From a virus, in the IMG/VR virus record IMGVR_UViG_3300030104_004245, positions 57,759 to 121,758 of that record: a stretch of 64,000 nt of DNA, one strand, 5' to 3'. A program made the position numbers and the translations under genes. Below are positions 60,361 to 64,000 of the stretch, in pieces. Position 1 is the stretch's first letter, and each line of letters begins with the position of its first letter. Below the pieces are notes generated by a model that was not told where the DNA came from, made no database searches, and saw only the letters and a program-made list of their open reading frames with translations.

Positions 60361-63300
60361 TTATATTAAACCCATACTCATTAATTCATCCATAGCAACC
60401 TTAGAAATTTTATTACCTTTCCTATATTCTAATAATTGCTGTCTTAATCTGTTATTCTTTTTATCCACTCTTAAAACCTCACCACCTTTTTCTTCTAAAG
60501 GTATATCAAACTTTTTCATAAATATTTCTTTAAATTCTGGATTTTTTTCCATATCTAAACTAAGTGATTCTAAAACTGAATTAAGATTTTCTGTTTGAAT
60601 TTTTCTATAGTCATTTACACCTTCTCTAAATATTTTAATATATTCATCAGGTGTTTTATTTTGTTGTTTTTTTCTTTTACCATATATTCTAGGTAACGCT
60701 TCTTCTAAAGGTTTACCATCTCTTAAATGATATCCTAAGTATTCTCTTGTTCCTTTTCTACCTAACATGTTAGATAATGCAGCAATATCAACAGGACTAT
60801 AACCATGTTTATCAGCTACTTCTTGATATTCCCAATATAACTCATATCCTGTTTGTTGCATGCCTTTTTCATTTTTAAATAAAGTACCGTTAAACTTTTT
60901 TTCAAAAAATTTATTTTGTGCATCTCCGTCTTTTGCAAAAGAGTTTCTATTACCTTTATATTGTTTTCTTATTTGATTAAATAGTTGTCCATATCTTCCT
61001 GTAGCTGAAGATTGAGGATTCTTCATTAATTGACCATCTAAACTTTCAACTCTTTGAATACCAGCTTTCATATCATTTAATCTAATAGAATATCTATCAA
61101 CAACTTCATTTGGTATTCTTCTAGGATTACCATCTTTATCTTTATACTTTTTATCATAATACATTCTACCATATATTTCATAAGGTTCACCAGCAATTCT
61201 TTCTCCTTTAATATTACCAATAGCTGTAGGTATATCAAAATCAAATTCATCATAGTAAGAAATATAATCAAGTTTTGTATTAGGGTCATATTTATTTTCT
61301 ACTGTAAAGTCTTTCATTGTATATCCTCCTGCATCAGAATCTTTAATAAGCACAGACTCTTCTGAATCAAGATATTGAGATGCTGCATCCCATATGTCAT
61401 CATCATTGCTAAAACTCCAATAGTTTTGTGTACCTTTTTTATCTTCTTTTCTTATTGTTGGTTTAAAGTCAGACTGAACAAATGTTTCATTCTCTTGTGG
61501 AAAACCTAAATATTTAAGCCATGCATCCATAGAACTACTTTTAATATGCTGTGCTTGATCTTTAGACATATCAAGGTTATTACCAAATGTATCAAAAGTT
61601 TGTTCTGTACCATTCCACATAAAAGGTTGTCTCTTACCTTTAACAAATCCACTAACAGCATTCTTTATATTGTAACCTATTGGATTAACTGTTTTACGTA
61701 ATCTATTAGCAACCCATCCTGGATTTTGTTTCTTTTTTTCTAACTCTTCAAAGTCTACATCACCACCTTCTTGTTTATTTGGTAATTTACTAACTGGTTT
61801 ATATCCTCTTAACCAATCTTCTTTATATAATGTTAATCTTGGATCATTAAGTTTTATATTACCCAAGCTAGGATGTTGCCAAACATCATTGTGTTTATTC
61901 ATAGATTTTAATGTCTCAAGCATATCCCCTGTAGCTCCATCAGTCATACGTTTCCAATTTCCATGTGTCATTTCGGCCATATATGGACCTTTATATCCCA
62001 TTGGGCTACCTAACTCAATTAATTCTTCAACAGACAGTCTATTAGGATTTAAAGGCATTCCTATATTAAAATGAGCATGATCATACATACTTGTTGGCCT
62101 TATCTCTCCAGATTTAATTGCATCAGAGTAACCTTTTTCATCACCAATCATTCTGTATCCAGCATTAGATTTAGGTTTAAATGCCCAAGGGTTATATTTA
62201 TAAATAGGAGGAGCATTTTTATTCATCCATTTTTTAATACTTTTTACGCCTTTAGTTAAAACCTTACTTGGTATAAATGGTATCATAAATCCTGCTGCAT
62301 TTAATACAGCATCTCCATATCTACCTTCATACGTAGCTTTTATTGTATTTTTTGCATCTATAAATTCACCAACAAATGGAAAAAAACTAGCTCCTAATTC
62401 TATTTGATCTGCTGTTAGTGGTTTTTGCATTTGTGGTTTTATACCTAAATTTCTTTTTACTTGAGCATCTTGTAATATTTCAGCACCTCTTTGAAAATCT
62501 TCTAATAACTCAGGATTCTTTTTGACATCAAGTATTTCTACTTTATCTGGATCTATCATTTGTTTTCCCGGTTCACCTACCATATGTGTTGTTCTGTCTG
62601 AAATATCTACTCCTGCTTTATTCATTCCTTTTGGACTTTTAACCAAATAACCTGATTTTAAATCTTTTGCTAGATTAGGATTTTTTTGTAAATCAGTTGC
62701 ATGAAGAGCGTCTTTATACTTTATTCTATTGATCATTTGTATATCAGTTAGATCTTTAATATCATCTTGATATGCAGGAAACTTTGCAAGATTTGGATAT
62801 CTTTTAGCATAACTATCAAGAGCCCATTGTTTATGAGGTTTTGTAGTAGAAAACATAAAGTCTCTATTTGGTGCTTCTGTTAATAAACCACTAGTAGCTC
62901 TGTTTGCAGTAGTTAATGAACGTAATGGTATTGAGCTTCCCATAAACTTTTTAAGAGCTGTAGGATCATTGATATCTACTCCTGCATCAGTAGCAGCTTT
63001 TAAAAACTTAGGACTGCTAAGTATATTAGGATCAGCATCAAAAGCTCTATATCTATTATTAGATTTACCATATAGACCAACAAGATTATTACGGGTTCCA
63101 TCTAAATCTGTAATACCTAAGTCTCTAGCATAATTCATATCTTCTGGACTCAACATTTGTGCTGTTTCTTCTGAAGGACCCTTCCACCAATCTTTAAATT
63201 TTTTTAATTGTTTTCCAGGTTTAACATAATTTTTTACAACTTTTTTAAGAGCTCTTCCTGGAACAAATGGTATAAATGCAGCTGCACCATACATGGCCGC

Positions 63301-63999
63301 ATCACCCCATTCACCTTTTCTTGCATGACTTAATGCACTACGAGTGTCAAGAATTTCTCCTGCTATTGGAAAAAATTCTGCAGTTTTTGCTACATCAGAG
63401 TCTACTGTTGCATCTTTTATAAATTCTTTTTGATTATCCTTACTTCTAAAATAATCATACACAGGACCAAACATTTGTTGAAGTTCATTTCCTCCAGCTC
63501 CTCCACCTCTTTGTTTATCTGGAAGTTCATCAAGATAAACTCTTCCATAAATTTCAGGAGATTTTAAACCTAAAGTTTTGTCAATAAGCTTATCACTTAT
63601 TTTATCTTTAGTTGGATTTATATTCCATTTGTCATAATAACTTATATATTCTCTATCATCTTCATCTGTACCATAATCTAATGTATAATTACCCAGAACG
63701 CTTCCATAAGGATACGCATTACCCTTTTCCCATTCTCCTCTAATAAATTCTGATTTAAAATTATTTCTATCTTTATTTAGCTCTTTGTTACTTCTTAGAT
63801 TTTCTAAAAGATTTGCATATTGTCCAGTAGTATCATTAATTAAGTGATTGATTATATCTTTTTCTGTTTGTTCTGAACGGTAATACACAGCATCTTTATT
63901 TTTAGATTTTGTAGGGCGGTATTGTGATTTTTTTATAGTCCCATATTTTTGAGGTTTGCCTAAAACCATAGATAATAAATCTTGTCTTTCTTTATACTT
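60361..63999 (-). CDS. Multi-module polyprotein-like virion protein with two pre-toxin-TG-like hairpins and a lytic-transglycosylase-like domain; 5'-truncated
   Basis: Frame stays open to the window edge (KYKERQDLLS precedes the listed Met). Duplicated YISYYD...EIYGRxY domain, two FFPxxGExxD...GxxGDA...IPFxP hairpins, and VES...NPQSSATGRY. Confidence 0.75.
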   Translation of the reverse strand, partial: KYKERQDLLSMVLGKPQKYGTIKKSQYRPTKSKNKDAVYYRSEQTEKDIINHLINDTTGQYANLLENLRSNKELNKDRNNFKSEFIRGEWEKGNAYPYGSVLGNYTLDYGTDEDDREYISYYDKWNINPTKDKISDKLIDKTLGLKSPEIYGRVYLDELPDKQRGGGAGGNELQQMFGPVYDYFRSKDNQKEFIKDATVDSDVAKTAEFFPIAGEILDTRSALSHARKGEWGDAAMYGAAAFIPFVPGRALKKVVKNYVKPGKQLKKFKDWWKGPSEETAQMLSPEDMNYARDLGITDLDGTRNNLVGLYGKSNNRYRAFDADPNILSSPKFLKAATDAGVDINDPTALKKFMGSSIPLRSLTTANRATSGLLTEAPNRDFMFSTTKPHKQWALDSYAKRYPNLAKFPAYQDDIKDLTDIQMINRIKYKDALHATDLQKNPNLAKDLKSGYLVKSPKGMNKAGVDISDRTTHMVGEPGKQMIDPDKVEILDVKKNPELLEDFQRGAEILQDAQVKRNLGIKPQMQKPLTADQIELGASFFPFVGEFIDAKNTIKATYEGRYGDAVLNAAGFMIPFIPSKVLTKGVKSIKKWMNKNAPPIYKYNPWAFKPKSNAGYRMIGDEKGYSDAIKSGEIRPTSMYDHAHFNIGMPLNPNRLSVEELIELGSPMGYKGPYMAEMTHGNWKRMTDGATGDMLETLKSMNKHNDVWQHPSLGNIKLNDPRLTLYKEDWLRGYKPVSKLPNKQEGGDVDFEELEKKKQNPGWVANRLRKTVNPIGYNIKNAVSGFVKGKRQPFMWNGTEQTFDTFGNNLDMSKDQAQHIKSSSMDAWLKYLGFPQENETFVQSDFKPTIRKEDKKGTQNYWSFSNDDDIWDAASQYLDSEESVLIKDSDAGGYTMKDFTVENKYDPNTKLDYISYYDEFDFDIPTAIGNIKGERIAGEPYEIYGRMYYDKKYKDKDGNPRRIPNEVVDRYSIRLNDMKAGIQRVESLDGQLMKNPQSSATGRYGQLFNQIRKQYKGNRNSFAKDGDAQNKFFEKKFNGTLFKNEKGMQQTGYELYWEYQEVADKHGYSPVDIAALSNMLGRKGTREYLGYHLRDGKPLEEALPRIYGKRKKQQNKTPDEYIKIFREGVNDYRKIQTENLNSVLESLSLDMEKNPEFKEIFMKKFDIPLEEKGGEVLRVDKKNNRLRQQLLEYRKGNKISKVAMDELMSMGLI

Positions 64000-64000
64000 C

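Noticed and set aside
919-62259. Many 60-170 aa ORFs antisense or out of frame within long genes (e.g. 919-1119, 10346-10747, 38184-38504, 59165-59686)
   Set aside because: They lie wholly inside well-supported genes and have the Ser/Leu/Phe/Ile-rich composition expected of shadow frames.
8674-64000. Stop-codon reassignment (TAG or TGA), known in some crAss-like phages
   Set aside because: Late genes up to 5292 codons are uninterrupted in the standard code, TAG and TGA serve as plausible gene ends, and the only tRNA is a normal Arg(UCU), not a suppressor.

Overview
This AT-rich 64 kb window is entirely bacteriophage sequence, most consistent with a crAss-like (Crassvirales-related) phage of a Bacteroidota/Flavobacteriia host, read in the standard genetic code. 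Bases 1-8673 (+) form a replication and nucleotide-metabolism module: PD-(D/E)XK nuclease, family B DNA polymerase, DUF932-like protein, spore-photoproduct-lyase-like radical SAM enzyme, dUTPase and tRNA-Arg(UCU). Bases 8674-64000 are almost all on the minus strand (late/virion module). That arm holds a holin, small basic proteins, three paralogous ~120-aa beta proteins, a signal-peptide cassette with a T9SS-sorted Cys-repeat protein and a predicted outer-membrane beta-barrel, two lectin-repeat fibre proteins, and six very large proteins including a 5292-aa virion RNA polymerase (DFDID motif). A + strand class II ribonucleotide reductase island interrupts it. The strongest candidates for new biology are: (i) late proteins built of unrelated modules punctuated by a recurring xQxGG / [KR]YG[KG]E motif, several modules opening with a pre-toxin-TG-like hairpin, suggesting processed effector polyproteins packed in the virion; (ii) a phage-encoded T9SS cargo plus beta-barrel cassette; (iii) a palindromic candidate late promoter. 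All family assignments come from motif recognition by eye; no searches were run.
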